From Syntrophomonadaceae bacterium (lineage in GTDB: Bacteria; Bacillota; Syntrophomonadia; Syntrophomonadales; Syntrophomonadaceae), in the NCBI GenBank assembly GCA_049656905.1, contig JBASMO010000044.1, forward strand, positions 482-64,481: a DNA stretch of 64,000 nt, given 5' to 3'. The notes beneath the pieces are model-generated. The model searched no databases and had not been told where the DNA came from. It saw nothing but the letters and a program-made list of their open reading frames with translations. The translations under genes and the position numbers were made by a program. This document shows positions 39,742-50,178 of this stretch, one piece after another. Within the stretch, counting starts at the first letter, position 1. Each line of letters begins with the position of its first letter.

Positions 39742-40703
39742 ATACCCTGTCAGACATAGCATCAGTTATTAAAAAGACTCCGGCTTGGGTTTTGGTAGGG
39801 CATGTGATCCCTGACGGTGATTGTATTGGTTCACTGTTAGGGCTTTATTGGGGGCTTCGTTCCTTTGGAAAACGAGTGGTCATGGGGTTGGAAGATCCGG
39901 TTCCCCCCATTTATCATTACTTGCCGGGCAGTGATAAGCTAACCCCTTTATCTTCCGTCAGCGACGTGCCGTCAGCTACAATTTTTTTGGACTGTTCTGA
40001 TGAGGAAAGGGTTGGGGAGGAAACACTTGGCCAGCTTAGCAACCGGTCTATTACTATTAATATTGATCATCACGCTACTAATCCCGCATACGGAGATTAT
40101 AATTATATTGACAGTCAGGCGGCGGCTACAGCGGAATTAGTTTATTACCTGCTAAAAGAATTGAATGTAGTGATTACTCCGAAAATAGCTGAATGTTTGT
40201 TTGCAGGCTTAGTAATGGACTCAGGACGTTTTATGTACAGCAGTACTCGTCCAGAAACCCTAGAGATAGCTGCCGAGCTTTTAAGGAGCGGGGTTGATAT
40301 CGAAAAAACGCGTATCCAATTATTTGAGTCCAAACCCCTTGAGGAGGTTCTGCTCTTATCTAAAGCCCTGCAAAATCTGAACTGGAACGAATCAGGGCGA
40401 ATAGCCTGGATGACTTTGTCCTACCAGGATGTGGCTCAGATCGGGGCCTTAAATTTGCACCCGGAAGGCATAATTAATTACACCCGGTCTATAGCCGGTG
40501 TAGAAGTAGGATTACTTATTCGCGAGATTAGCCCGGGAGTCTGCAAAATAGGTTTTCGTTCCAAAGGCAGGGTTGATGTAGCTAGTATAGCAGCTCTTCT
40601 AGGAGGAGGAGGACACCGGCAGGCTGCTGGAGCGAGGCAGGAAGGCAGCCTGGAACAGGTGACTCAAAAAGTTGTGCAAATGGTCGAGGAAGTGGTTGGC
40701 TAA
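39738..40703 (+). CDS. nrnA: DHH/DHHA1 phosphoesterase, NrnA-like oligoribonuclease/pAp phosphatase
   Basis: DHH motifs (HVIPDGDCIGS, IDHH) and the DHHA1 motif GGGGHRQAAG. Confidence 0.8.
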   Translation: MNTLSDIASVIKKTPAWVLVGHVIPDGDCIGSLLGLYWGLRSFGKRVVMGLEDPVPPIYHYLPGSDKLTPLSSVSDVPSATIFLDCSDEERVGEETLGQLSNRSITINIDHHATNPAYGDYNYIDSQAAATAELVYYLLKELNVVITPKIAECLFAGLVMDSGRFMYSSTRPETLEIAAELLRSGVDIEKTRIQLFESKPLEEVLLLSKALQNLNWNESGRIAWMTLSYQDVAQIGALNLHPEGIINYTRSIAGVEVGLLIREISPGVCKIGFRSKGRVDVASIAALLGGGGHRQAAGARQEGSLEQVTQKVVQMVEEVVG

Positions 40704-41597
40704 ATGCACGGTTTCTTGAACATCAATAAACCTGCCGGGATGACATCCTTTGATGTTATTCGCAAACTCAAACCGCGTTTACCAAAACGTACCCGTATAG
40801 GGCATTTAGGAACCCTTGACCCTATGGCAACGGGGGTTCTTCCTATAGCTATTGGACAAGCTACTCGAATAATTCCCTATGTGGAGGGCGGTGACAAGGA
40901 ATATATAGCCAGTATGACACTGGGAGGAGTGTCGGATACTCAGGATGCTTGGGGAGAAATAACTTACAACCAGCCAGTTAATATAAGTCGTGAACAGCTT
41001 GAAGCTGTAATACCGTCATTTCAGGGGAAAATATGGCAGGAGCCGCCTATGTATTCAGCTGTTCATCATCAAGGAGTTCGCCTGTATGAGCTGGCTCGGC
41101 AAGGTCAGACTGTGGAAAGGAAAAAACGTTGTATAGAAATTAAGACTTTAGAACTGCTGCAGTTTGATGATAGAGTCAGTCAGCCCACTGCTGATCTTAA
41201 AGTGATATGTTCACCAGGTACTTATATACGCACTTTATGTCATGATATCGGCCAACAGTTGGGTACGGGCGCTTTCTTATCTGCCCTGACCAGAACACGT
41301 TCTGGCAATTTTTTATTGTCGCAAGCTGTAGATTTAGAAATTATTATTGAAAACTGGTCGGATAGCCTATTGCTTCCCATGGACTATCCATTGCAAGACT
41401 GGCCTTATCTAATATTACGTACCGCTGAGCAAATAAAGGCTCTGCAAAATGGTCAAACCATTCATGTTTCAGGTAAAATTCCGGCAGGTTTGCTTAGAGT
41501 TTATCAGCCTAATGAAAAGCTACTAGCCATTACCAAAGTATACTATGATGGTAACAGGTGCAGCCTTAAACCAGAACGAGTTTTTCATAATCAGTGA
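40704..41597 (+). CDS. truB: tRNA pseudouridine-55 synthase
   Basis: GFLNINKPAGMTSFDV and the catalytic GHLGTLDPMATGVLP motif. Confidence 0.95.
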   Translation: MHGFLNINKPAGMTSFDVIRKLKPRLPKRTRIGHLGTLDPMATGVLPIAIGQATRIIPYVEGGDKEYIASMTLGGVSDTQDAWGEITYNQPVNISREQLEAVIPSFQGKIWQEPPMYSAVHHQGVRLYELARQGQTVERKKRCIEIKTLELLQFDDRVSQPTADLKVICSPGTYIRTLCHDIGQQLGTGAFLSALTRTRSGNFLLSQAVDLEIIIENWSDSLLLPMDYPLQDWPYLILRTAEQIKALQNGQTIHVSGKIPAGLLRVYQPNEKLLAITKVYYDGNRCSLKPERVFHNQ

Positions 41598-41615
41598 TTA
41601 AAGGAGCGGCATTAT

Positions 41616-42548
41616 ATGAAACTGATTCGAGATATTGAACACTACCAGCCATCGGGACCACTTTGTCTTGCTTTAGGCAATTTTGACGGAGTACATTTGG
41701 GGCACCAGCAGTTAATTAAAGAATGTGTGGATTTCGCCGCTATAAATAAAGGTACTGCGGCGGCTTACATATTTGATCCCCATCCCGCTCGAGTTATTAA
41801 ACCATCCAAGGCTCCTAAGCTTTTAGTCACTGCTGAACGAAAGGCTGAAATCCTGGAGTCCTTGGGACTGGATTTACTTATCTATGCACCCTTTACTCAA
41901 GAAGTGGCCAAGTGTGCTCCGGAAGAGTTTGTACGTTATATATTAGTGGAAAAACTCAACGTGCAGCAGGTAGTAGTGGGCTTCAATTATTCCTTTGGCT
42001 TTCGTGGTGCAGGGACTCCCGAATTACTTAACCATTTAGGTAATAAATATGGTTTTAAGACTAAAATCATTGAACCAGTAGAAATAGATGGCCAGGTAAT
42101 ATCCAGCAGTGCTATTCGCCAAGCAATAGAACTGGGTAAAATTGAGCAGGCGGCAGCAATGTTGGGATGTTATCCTGCTTTATCAGGATTAGTTGTTAAG
42201 GGAGAGCAAAGAGGAAAAAGTATAGGTTTCCCAACTGCCAATTTATTGGTAGACCCGGAAATAACTATTCCTGGTACCGGTGTTTATGCTGCTATTGCTA
42301 AGGTAGATAACCGTATGATCAAGGCAGTGGTCAATATTGGTAGTAAACCTACCTTTCATGAAAAATATCCTACTACTGTAGAAGCGCATTTAATTGATTT
42401 TCAGCAGGATATATATGATAAAGAACTACAACTCACCTTTTTGAAAAAAATTCGTGATGAACGTAGATTTGCTGGAGTTGATGAATTAGTTGACCAAATA
42501 AAAAAGGATCGGGATGCAGCAGATAGAATTGCAGTACTGCCGGTATAG
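41616..42548 (+). CDS. ribF: Bifunctional riboflavin kinase/FAD synthetase
   Basis: N-terminal FMN adenylyltransferase (GNFDGVHLGHQ) and C-terminal riboflavin kinase (GEQRGKSIGFPTANL, FLKKIRDERRF). Confidence 0.95.
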   Translation: MKLIRDIEHYQPSGPLCLALGNFDGVHLGHQQLIKECVDFAAINKGTAAAYIFDPHPARVIKPSKAPKLLVTAERKAEILESLGLDLLIYAPFTQEVAKCAPEEFVRYILVEKLNVQQVVVGFNYSFGFRGAGTPELLNHLGNKYGFKTKIIEPVEIDGQVISSSAIRQAIELGKIEQAAAMLGCYPALSGLVVKGEQRGKSIGFPTANLLVDPEITIPGTGVYAAIAKVDNRMIKAVVNIGSKPTFHEKYPTTVEAHLIDFQQDIYDKELQLTFLKKIRDERRFAGVDELVDQIKKDRDAADRIAVLPV

Positions 42549-42557
42549 ATACTTGCG

Positions 42558-42586
42558 TTTACAATTTATTTCCGCTGTGCTAAAAT
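42558..42586 (+). promoter_or_regulatory. Sigma-A type promoter for rpsO
   Basis: TTTACA (42558-42563), a 17-nt spacer, then TGc-TAAAAT (42578-42586). Confidence 0.6.
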
Positions 42587-42675
42587 CTATCTTGGTGCCC
42601 GCCCAATGTCCTGTATAAAGAAAACTATTTATGGAAAGACATATTAAAAAGGATATTTAGTGTAAATCCCGGTAA

Positions 42676-42722
42676 CCACAGGCTCAGGAAAACGATTCAC
42701 CGACGTTTTGCTTGGTCTGTGG
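42676..42722 (+). promoter_or_regulatory. Structured rpsO 5' leader (nested hairpin), candidate S15 autoregulatory element
   Basis: CCACAG (42676-42681) pairs with CTGTGG (42717-42722), enclosing an inner AAAACG/CGTTTT helix. It ends about 15 nt before the rpsO SD. Confidence 0.4.
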
Positions 42723-42748
42723 CGATTTATTAGAAGGAGGTGAGTTAC

Positions 42749-43018
42749 ATGGCTCTGTCTCAGTCACGGAAAGAGGAAATCATTAAAGCCTTCCAGATTC
42801 ATGAGAATGATACTGGATCTCCCGAAGTTCAGATTGCTATCTTAACTGAACGCATAAATTATCTCAATGAACATCTGAAGCAAAACAAAAAAGATTTCCA
42901 CTCCCGCCGGGGGCTGTTAAAGATGGTTGGACAGAGGCGTTCCCTTCTTGACTATTTGAAGAAGAAGGACTTCGAACGCTATCGGAGCATCGTAACTAAA
43001 CTTGGGTTACGCAGGTAA
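42749..43018 (+). CDS. rpsO: 30S ribosomal protein S15
   Basis: 89 aa, [15 protein letters not shown]...[24 protein letters not shown]...[17 protein letters not shown] 42749 follows GGAGGTG. Confidence 0.95.
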   Translation: MALSQSRKEEIIKAFQIHENDTGSPEVQIAILTERINYLNEHLKQNKKDFHSRRGLLKMVGQRRSLLDYLKKKDFERYRSIVTKLGLRR

Positions 43019-43038
43019 AGAGCGGCTTTCCGCTCTTT
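43017..43038 (+). terminator. rpsO terminator/processing hairpin
   Basis: A 9-bp stem, AAAGAGCGG pairing with CCGCTCTTT, with a 4-nt loop. It overlaps the rpsO stop codon. The trailing sequence is only moderately T-rich, so read-through into pnp is plausible. Confidence 0.6.
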
Positions 43039-43070
43039 AACTTTATTCATTTAGAAAGGAGGAATAACTT

Positions 43071-45179
43071 ATTATTCACAAGTATCAAACAGAAGTAGCT
43101 GGCCGCCCGCTGGTTATAGAGGTGGGACAGGTTGCTAAGCAGGCTAATGGAGCAGCTGTGGTAAGATATGGAGACACTGTGGTTTTAGTCACTGCCACCG
43201 CCTCCAAAGAACCCCGTGAAGGTATCGACTTCTTTCCGCTAACGGTTGACTATGAAGAAAAACAATATGCTGCTGGAAAAATACCAGGAGGATTCATCAA
43301 GCGGGAAGGAAGAGCTACTGAACTAGCTACCTTGTCTGCCCGATTGATAGATCGCCCTATTCGTCCGCTGTTTCCTGATGGTTTTCGCAACGATGTTCAT
43401 ATAGTAGCCACAGTCCTGTCAGTGGAAAAAGACAATCCACCTGATGTAACTGCTATGATTGGGGCTTCAATAGCAATCAATATCTCCAACATACCCTTTG
43501 AGGGGCCTATTGCTGGAGTAGTGGTAGGCATGGTGGACGGACAGTTAGTTATTAATCCAACTGTCGAAGAGACCCGTAAAAGCGATATGCACATTACGGT
43601 AGCTGGAACCCGCGATGCCATAATGATGGTAGAAGGCAGTGCCAACGAAATACCTGAAGAACAGGTTTTGAATGCGATTTTCTTTGCCCATGAAGAAATC
43701 AAACGGTTATGTACTTTTCAGGAAACTATCATCGAGGAACTAAAAGTTCCCAAATTCGAAGTAAAAACCTTTGGTGTTAATGAAGCTATTGAGGAAGAAG
43801 TGCGTACTTATGCCACCCCTATCCTCGATAAAGCAGTTCGTAACCCGGATAAAAAGTTACGGGAAGCCTCTATGGATCAAGCTAAAGACTCCATTATAGA
43901 GCACTTCACAGAATTGTATCCAGACCATATTGGCGAAATTGACGCTCTACTGGACGATATATTAAAAGACATTGTACGCAGCATGCTGATTGATGATGGG
44001 GAACGTGTTGACGGTCGGGAATTAGATGAAATTAGGCAGGTAACCTGTGAGGTGGGCTTTCTCCCTCGCCCCCATGGTTCAGCTTTATTTACTCGGGGAC
44101 AAACTCAGGTATTGTCGGTTACAACCTTAGGAGCCGCCAGTGAAGAGCAAATCTTAGATGGTCTTGGCATTGAAGAATCTAAACGCTATATTCACCATTA
44201 CAATTTCCCGCCCTACAGCGTAGGCGAAGTACGTCCCATGCGCGGGCCTGGGCGCAGAGAAATCGGTCATGGGGCTCTGGCCGAACGGGCCTTGCTGGCA
44301 GTTCTGCCCAGCGAAGAAGAGTTCCCTTATACTATTAGAGTGGTGTCAGAAGTATTGGAGTCTAACGGTTCCAGTTCCATGGCCAGTGTATGTGGAAGTT
44401 CCTTGTCCCTTATGCATGCCGGTGTACCCATTAAACGGCATGTAGCTGGAGTTGCCATGGGTTTGGTTAAACGTGAGGATAAGTTCGCTGTTATAACTGA
44501 TATCCAAGGAATTGAAGATGCCCTGGGAGATATGGATTTCAAGTTAGCTGGTACTGAAGTTGGTGTTACCGCCATCCAAATGGATATCAAAATTACCGGG
44601 GTTAATAAGGAAATAGTCGCTACTGCCCTGGAGAAAGCCCGAAAAGGACGCATGTTTATTATGGGCAAAATGATGGAGGTAATTGATAAGCCTAGTGGTG
44701 AGCTTTCACCTTATGCTCCACGGCTGACTCGCATGACAGTACCGGTTGACAAAATACGGGAGATAATAGGTCCCGGCGGCAAAACCATCCACAAAATAGT
44801 AGATGAAACCGGCTGTAAGATTGATATCGAAGATGATGGCACCCTATTTATTATGGCCACTGACGAAGAAGCTGCTAAAAAAGCCAAATTCTACATTGAT
44901 TCCATTATAGCCGAAGTTGAAGTGGGTAAAACCTATACAGGCACAGTGAAAAGGATAATGGACTTCGGTGCCTTTGTGGAGATCATTCCTGGTGTTCTTG
45001 GTACACAAGGTAAGGAAGGCTTGGTCCACATATCACAGTTGGCTGAGGAAAGAGTAAACAAAGTAACCGATGTAGTCAACATCGGTGATCAGATTCAAGT
45101 TAAAGTTACCGAAATTGATAAACAAGGACGGGTGAACCTTTCTCGCAAAGCTGTTCTCAAACAGGCGAAGCGCAACTAG
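43071..45179 (+). CDS. pnp: Polyribonucleotide nucleotidyltransferase (PNPase)
   Basis: Two RNase PH domains, a KH domain ([10 protein letters not shown]) and an S1 domain. The conserved N-terminal strand ([20 protein letters not shown]) lies upstream of the first canonical start (GTG 43122) and directly after an in-frame TAA (43065-43067). An ATT start at 43071, 8 nt after GGAGG, is therefore inferred. Confidence 0.85.
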   Translation: MIHKYQTEVAGRPLVIEVGQVAKQANGAAVVRYGDTVVLVTATASKEPREGIDFFPLTVDYEEKQYAAGKIPGGFIKREGRATELATLSARLIDRPIRPLFPDGFRNDVHIVATVLSVEKDNPPDVTAMIGASIAINISNIPFEGPIAGVVVGMVDGQLVINPTVEETRKSDMHITVAGTRDAIMMVEGSANEIPEEQVLNAIFFAHEEIKRLCTFQETIIEELKVPKFEVKTFGVNEAIEEEVRTYATPILDKAVRNPDKKLREASMDQAKDSIIEHFTELYPDHIGEIDALLDDILKDIVRSMLIDDGERVDGRELDEIRQVTCEVGFLPRPHGSALFTRGQTQVLSVTTLGAASEEQILDGLGIEESKRYIHHYNFPPYSVGEVRPMRGPGRREIGHGALAERALLAVLPSEEEFPYTIRVVSEVLESNGSSSMASVCGSSLSLMHAGVPIKRHVAGVAMGLVKREDKFAVITDIQGIEDALGDMDFKLAGTEVGVTAIQMDIKITGVNKEIVATALEKARKGRMFIMGKMMEVIDKPSGELSPYAPRLTRMTVPVDKIREIIGPGGKTIHKIVDETGCKIDIEDDGTLFIMATDEEAAKKAKFYIDSIIAEVEVGKTYTGTVKRIMDFGAFVEIIPGVLGTQGKEGLVHISQLAEERVNKVTDVVNIGDQIQVKVTEIDKQGRVNLSRKAVLKQAKRN

Positions 45180-45213
45180 TTGGGCGATTAAACTGTCCTA
45201 CAAATCGGCCAAG

Positions 45214-45245
45214 TAAACCGAGTTGTCTCGGTTTATTTGTGTTTT
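45214..45245 (+). terminator. Intrinsic terminator after pnp
   Basis: TAAACCGAG pairs with CTCGGTTTA across a 4-nt loop, followed by TTTGTGTTTT. Confidence 0.75.
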
Positions 45246-45379
45246 CTGGGAACTTTTATCTTTGGGAAAACCGCATAGATAGGTTTATCCTGGAATATTA
45301 TTTAGAGAATATTTGACAACAGGGGTGGGCAACATTTTTTAAGAATAAGTTCTATTATATCCGCGTTAACAGCCGGTAC

Positions 45380-46189
45380 TTGTTAATGATCACATTTTTT
45401 ATAAGTCTATCGATGCTCAGTGTCTGGCTAGATAGTTTTATTAGAGATATTTACGGTGTAAAACCTGGCGTAAAACTGGAAGGTCAAGACATTAGCGGTT
45501 TGTTAAGAGAGGAAGTAAGAGGCTTGGTTATGGAAATGGCCATGCAAGAGTGGCTTCTTCCTCAAGAACCGGAAATAGACAAAAAGACCGGCCGTATTAT
45601 TCCGGAAAAGCCTGGGATAATAGTGGATGTTCAAAGCACTATAAATAATGTTATGCAGGCTCAAGCTAACCAGTCAGTAGCATTGGTTAGAAACAGCATT
45701 CCCAGTAAATATAGAAGTGAGGATCTAGAGAAGCTTTCCACCATCGGTTCATATTCTACCAGTATCTATGGGACTCAACAGAGGTCATCCAACATAGCGC
45801 TGGCAGCAACAGCACTTGATAACACGGTAGTCTGGCCGGATCAAGTGTTTTCATTTAATGAGATAGTAGGCCCAAGAACTCCAGAACGCGGGTATTTGCC
45901 GGCACCAGTAATATTAATGGGGGCTAACAATTATGATTATGGAGGAGGGGTGTGCCAGGTCTCCAGTACCGTTTATAATGCCGCATTAGCGGCTGAGTTA
46001 GAAATTATAGAAAGGCATCCACACAGCAAGCCAGTACATTATGTACCTGCAAATCGGGATGCCGCTGTAGCCTATGGGGGTTACGATCTGCGCATCCGTA
46101 ATCATACGGGCAGTCCGATAATTATCAAGTCACACGTAAGTGAGGGCAGAGTATGGGTTTCCATACTGGGGGAGGAAAAAGAGGCATGA
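45380..46189 (+). CDS. VanW family protein
   Basis: N-terminal TM helix and a C-terminal VanW-like core (FSFNEIVGPRT...GYLPAPV, GGGVCQVSSTVYNAAL, ERHPHS). The start is uncertain. Confidence 0.7.
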   Translation: MLMITFFISLSMLSVWLDSFIRDIYGVKPGVKLEGQDISGLLREEVRGLVMEMAMQEWLLPQEPEIDKKTGRIIPEKPGIIVDVQSTINNVMQAQANQSVALVRNSIPSKYRSEDLEKLSTIGSYSTSIYGTQQRSSNIALAATALDNTVVWPDQVFSFNEIVGPRTPERGYLPAPVILMGANNYDYGGGVCQVSSTVYNAALAAELEIIERHPHSKPVHYVPANRDAAVAYGGYDLRIRNHTGSPIIIKSHVSEGRVWVSILGEEKEA

Positions 46190-46935
46190 GAATATATTAC
46201 TTTTCCAAGCGCGGTCTGATGAGTGCTGCATTTATTGCAGTACTCCTAGCGGGTTTCTTAGGTTTTTCTTTCATGTATTATAACGATATCAGTATTGCCA
46301 CCCACATGGCTGAACCAATATACCAGGGCAATACTGGCCAAAAAAATGTAGCTATTACCGTAAACGTTGATTGGGGGGAAGAATATATCCCTCAGATGTT
46401 AGCAGAATTCAAAAAACACGAGGCGTTGGCCACTTTTTATGTTACAGGCACTTGGGCTGAAAAGAACCAGGATCTCTTAAAAGAGATGGTACAGGAGGGG
46501 CATAGTATTCAAAATCATGGCTACCAACATTTGCATTTCAATACTTTAACCCGGGATCAAATGGCTACGCAGATAAAAAAGGGTGAACAGGCTATCCAAA
46601 AAATAACCGGGCGTAAAACTACCTTTTTCACACCACCTTATGGTGAGCAGAACAGACAGCTTATGGCTGTTATCTCCGAACTAGATTATCATCTTACCAT
46701 GTGGAGTGTTGACACGATTGACTGGCAAAGACCGGAGCCAAAGACTATTGTAAAAAGAGTAATTAATAAAGTTCATAATGATGCCATAATACTTATGCAT
46801 CCTACCGAGCCCACTGCCAAAGCCCTACCTGACATGCTTACCCAGCTAAAACAAGATGGCTATAAAATGATTACTGTGGAAAAGATAGTAATTATGAAGG
46901 ATGTAAAAATAAAAGGTGATACTCAAACTACTTAA
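46186..46935 (+). CDS. Polysaccharide deacetylase (NodB homology domain), YlxY/PdaB-like
   Basis: NodB motifs (VAITVNVDWGEE, FYVTG, HSIQNHGYQH, LMHP) after an N-terminal TM anchor. The start is taken at ATG 46186. Confidence 0.8.
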   Translation: MRIYYFSKRGLMSAAFIAVLLAGFLGFSFMYYNDISIATHMAEPIYQGNTGQKNVAITVNVDWGEEYIPQMLAEFKKHEALATFYVTGTWAEKNQDLLKEMVQEGHSIQNHGYQHLHFNTLTRDQMATQIKKGEQAIQKITGRKTTFFTPPYGEQNRQLMAVISELDYHLTMWSVDTIDWQRPEPKTIVKRVINKVHNDAIILMHPTEPTAKALPDMLTQLKQDGYKMITVEKIVIMKDVKIKGDTQTT

Positions 46936-48043
46936 AACTCTAATGATAATTGTTTTTCTCCAGTTAGGAGTGGGGCTATGCTCGCCAGTTATAGCAGCTC
47001 CTTATATGTCCAGCAGTTACTACGGGCTTATGGATGGTGAAAATGGTCAGCTGATCTTAAGCCGTAATGCCAATGAACCCCGTCCCGTAGCCAGTACAAC
47101 TAAGATATTGACCGCCATAGTAGTTCTTGATTACGCTGACTTAAGTGAAGTAGCCACAGTAAGCGAAAAGGCTGCTCATACTCCTCAATATGCTATTGGT
47201 CTCAAAGCTGGACAAAAGCTGGAAATAAGGGAATTGCTTAAAGCCTCCTTAGTAAAATCAGCCAATGATGCTGCGGTGGTACTGGCCGAACATGTGGCAG
47301 GAGACGAGAGGTTTTTTGCTCATCTTATGAATAAAAAGGCTTTTTTGCTGGGGGCTAGCCAAACCCATTTTGAAAATTCGTCGGGACTGCCCTCTCGGGA
47401 TCATCTTAGCACCGTTTATGATTTAGCTTTACTGGGCAGATATGCTTTAACCATTCCGGAGATTGCCGAGCTGGTAAAATCCCGGCAAATAGAATTTAGA
47501 CATCCCAGTTACCGGGAACCATTAATATTAAATAACACCAATACTTTATTGGAATCTTACCCAGGCGCCAATGGGATCAAAACCGGTACTACCAATGCTG
47601 CCGGCAAGTGTTTAGTAGCCTCTGCCCAGCGAAACGGTCGCCAGTTAATAGCCGTTACTCTCCATGCGGCGAACCGGCAAGCAGACTGTGCCCGTTTACT
47701 AGATTATGGATTCCATGAAACTCGACAGATTACAATACTGGCGAAAGAGGAAACTTTCAAGGAGATTCCTTCTCATGGGGGCCAATTGATCCCGATAGTC
47801 CCAGAGCGTGATGTAGTGTTGTGGATAGGTGAAGGAACACCCAATATAGAAAAACGCGTTTACATGGATTATCAAATTAAAATACCAGTGAAAAAAGGAA
47901 CCCGGGTAGGAAGTGTCAGTATTTTTGCTGATAACAAACATGTGGAGAGTGTGCCGCTTTTAGTAGGTGCAGATATTAACAGTCATGAAAACAAGATAGA
48001 AAACTGGTTGAGGAATTTTCTGAGCAGATTAAAGGAATCTTAA
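46916..48043 (+). CDS. D-alanyl-D-alanine carboxypeptidase (S11, DacB/DacF-like)
   Basis: Signal peptide, then SxxK (ASTTK), SxN (SANDAA) and KTGT motifs, then a C-terminal PBP5-like domain. Confidence 0.85.
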   Translation: MILKLLKTLMIIVFLQLGVGLCSPVIAAPYMSSSYYGLMDGENGQLILSRNANEPRPVASTTKILTAIVVLDYADLSEVATVSEKAAHTPQYAIGLKAGQKLEIRELLKASLVKSANDAAVVLAEHVAGDERFFAHLMNKKAFLLGASQTHFENSSGLPSRDHLSTVYDLALLGRYALTIPEIAELVKSRQIEFRHPSYREPLILNNTNTLLESYPGANGIKTGTTNAAGKCLVASAQRNGRQLIAVTLHAANRQADCARLLDYGFHETRQITILAKEETFKEIPSHGGQLIPIVPERDVVLWIGEGTPNIEKRVYMDYQIKIPVKKGTRVGSVSIFADNKHVESVPLLVGADINSHENKIENWLRNFLSRLKES

Positions 48044-48089
48044 GCCCGAAACCGAAGTATGTTACTAGCTGTCGAGTTGGAGGTTGCAA

Positions 48090-49358
48090 ATGATTAAGAG
48101 TTGGATATTGCCTAATAAAGCCAGGCTGGTGGTTGAGGAGATTCCTTATCTGAAATCGGCTGCCGTAGGAATTTTCATCAAAGTAGGTTCTCGCCATGAA
48201 CCACCAGAGCTGTCTGGTGGGAGTCATTTCATTGAACACATGTTATTTAAGGGTACCCATCGGCGCAGTGCTAGGGAAATAGCTGAGAGTTTTGAAGGGA
48301 TTGGCGGCCAGTTAAACGCCTACACTTCCAAAGAGTACACTTGTGTATATGCTCGTACCCTGGATGAGAACCTGCAAGATGGGATGGACATTCTCTTCGA
48401 TATGATTTTCAATTCAGCTTTTAATGAAAAAGATTTTGAAACCGAAAAAGGGGTAGTAATCGAAGAAATTAATATGTATGAAGACACTCCCGACGATTTG
48501 ATTCATGATGTGTTTGCCCAAAAAATATGGCAGGGGCATTCCATGGGCTCACCTATTCTGGGTACATTGGAAACAGTATCACAGTTTAAACGGGAACAAG
48601 TTTATGACTTTTACCGCTCTAGCTATGTACCCGCTAATATGGTGATTGCGGTAGCTGGCAATGTGGACAGTCAGCAAATAAGAGACTTGGTAGAATCTCA
48701 TCTTGAGAGAGTAACTTTTAGGGAAACAGACTTTTCTACTAAGCCACCTCAACAATTAACCCGCTTTACCAATATGGTGGTCAAGGATACGGAACAGGTG
48801 CAGATATGTTTGGGAGTTCCAGGGATATCCTATTTTGATGAGCGGCGTTTTACCCAAAACATTATGAATTCAATTTTAGGCGGTGGACTTAGCTCTCGAT
48901 TATTTCAGGCTTTGCGAGAGGAGCGGGGACTAGCTTACTCAGTGTATTCTTCGCCCGCCAATTATTCCGATACGGGTGCTTATTCTATATATGTTGGTAC
49001 AGGCCCAGGCAAGCTAAGCAGCTTTTTTGAAGCTCTTTACTCCGAATTGGACCGGTTCCTACGCGAAGGAGTAACCGATGAAGAAGTTCATCGTACACAG
49101 CGTTTAATAAAATCCTGCATTTACATGGGGTTAGAAAGTGTTATGAACCGCATGAGTCGGTTGGGAAAAGCATTGCTTATGTATGACCGGTTGGTGCCAG
49201 TAGAAGAAGTTATAGAGCGAATTATGGCTGTCAACCGTGAGCAGGTTAACCAATTTGCAGCGGAAATCTTATCTTGGGACTCTTTTTCTCTGGCAGCTAT
49301 AGGTACTGAAGAAGCTTTGGCCAATGTGGAAAATGAGTTTAAGAACTGGTGGAGTTAA
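48090..49358 (+). CDS. M16 family zinc peptidase (YmxG/MlpA-like)
   Basis: Inverted zinc motif HFIEHMLFKG (HxxEH) and two M16 halves. ATG 48090 lies 6 nt after GGAGG. Confidence 0.85.
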   Translation: MIKSWILPNKARLVVEEIPYLKSAAVGIFIKVGSRHEPPELSGGSHFIEHMLFKGTHRRSAREIAESFEGIGGQLNAYTSKEYTCVYARTLDENLQDGMDILFDMIFNSAFNEKDFETEKGVVIEEINMYEDTPDDLIHDVFAQKIWQGHSMGSPILGTLETVSQFKREQVYDFYRSSYVPANMVIAVAGNVDSQQIRDLVESHLERVTFRETDFSTKPPQQLTRFTNMVVKDTEQVQICLGVPGISYFDERRFTQNIMNSILGGGLSSRLFQALREERGLAYSVYSSPANYSDTGAYSIYVGTGPGKLSSFFEALYSELDRFLREGVTDEEVHRTQRLIKSCIYMGLESVMNRMSRLGKALLMYDRLVPVEEVIERIMAVNREQVNQFAAEILSWDSFSLAAIGTEEALANVENEFKNWWS

Positions 49359-49364
49359 TAGAAT

Positions 49365-49802
49365 ATGAGAATTAAGCTTAAACGGTTGCACTCCTTTGAT
49401 TTACCTTTACCCAGTTATATGACGCCAGGATCATCGGGGGTGGATTTGTATGCTGCCCATCAAGAGGATATATGCCTCAAACCGGGAGAGAGGCATCTAA
49501 TTCCTACCGGTTTAGCTATCGCCTTACCGACGGGGTGGGAGGCGCAGATACGTCCTCGCAGTGGACTAGCTCTCAAGCATGGGATCACTGTACTAAACAC
49601 TCCCGGTACCATAGATGCTGACTACCGGGGAGAAATAAAAGTACTGGTAATAAACTTAGGGGACAAAGAGTATATTTTGAAAAGGGGTGAACGAATAGCC
49701 CAAATGGTCTTTGCCCCTGTCCAACAAGCCCAACTGGTGGAAGTAGAAAACCTGGATGAAACAGGGCGAGGAGACGGTGGGTTTGGCCATACCGGCGTAT
49801 AG
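49365..49802 (+). CDS. dut: dUTP diphosphatase
   Basis: Trimeric dUTPase motifs ([31 protein letters not shown]). Confidence 0.9.
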   Translation: MRIKLKRLHSFDLPLPSYMTPGSSGVDLYAAHQEDICLKPGERHLIPTGLAIALPTGWEAQIRPRSGLALKHGITVLNTPGTIDADYRGEIKVLVINLGDKEYILKRGERIAQMVFAPVQQAQLVEVENLDETGRGDGGFGHTGV

Positions 49803-49813
49803 GAGGGACAACA

Positions 49814-50083
49814 GTGCGACTTAATGAACTGGTAGGTAAAGAGATGGTGAATATTTTTGATGGCATGCGTATGGGGACGGTAGGGGAATCAGATATGCTG
49901 GTGAATCAAGAGACCGGTGATATTGTGTCCATTATTCTTCCTAACCGCGGTAACGCTTTTACTTTTTGGGCTGATCGCCAGAAGTTGGTGATACCTTGGG
50001 ATGCGGTTAAAAAAATTGGCCGTGAGGTTATAGTGGTGGATTTGGATAATACTCATATGCGCATGAAGAATCATACTATATAA
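49814..50083 (+). CDS. ymxH: YlmC/YmxH family sporulation protein (PRC-barrel)
   Basis: 89 aa, LNELVGKEMVNIFDGMRMG...IPWDAVKKIGREVIVVD is typical of this family. Confidence 0.8.
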   Translation: MRLNELVGKEMVNIFDGMRMGTVGESDMLVNQETGDIVSIILPNRGNAFTFWADRQKLVIPWDAVKKIGREVIVVDLDNTHMRMKNHTI

Positions 50084-50097
50084 ATTGTAATTAGAGT

Positions 50098-50121
50098 AAA
50101 GCCCACAGGCTTTTTTCTTTT
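50098..50121 (+). terminator. Intrinsic terminator after ymxH
   Basis: AAAGCC pairs with GGCTTT across a CACA loop, followed by TTTCTTTTT. Confidence 0.7.
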
Positions 50122-50178
50122 TATAGGTATGGAACAAGTTGCTCAGTGGCAAAGCTAAGGCTTAAAGGGGGTGAATAC

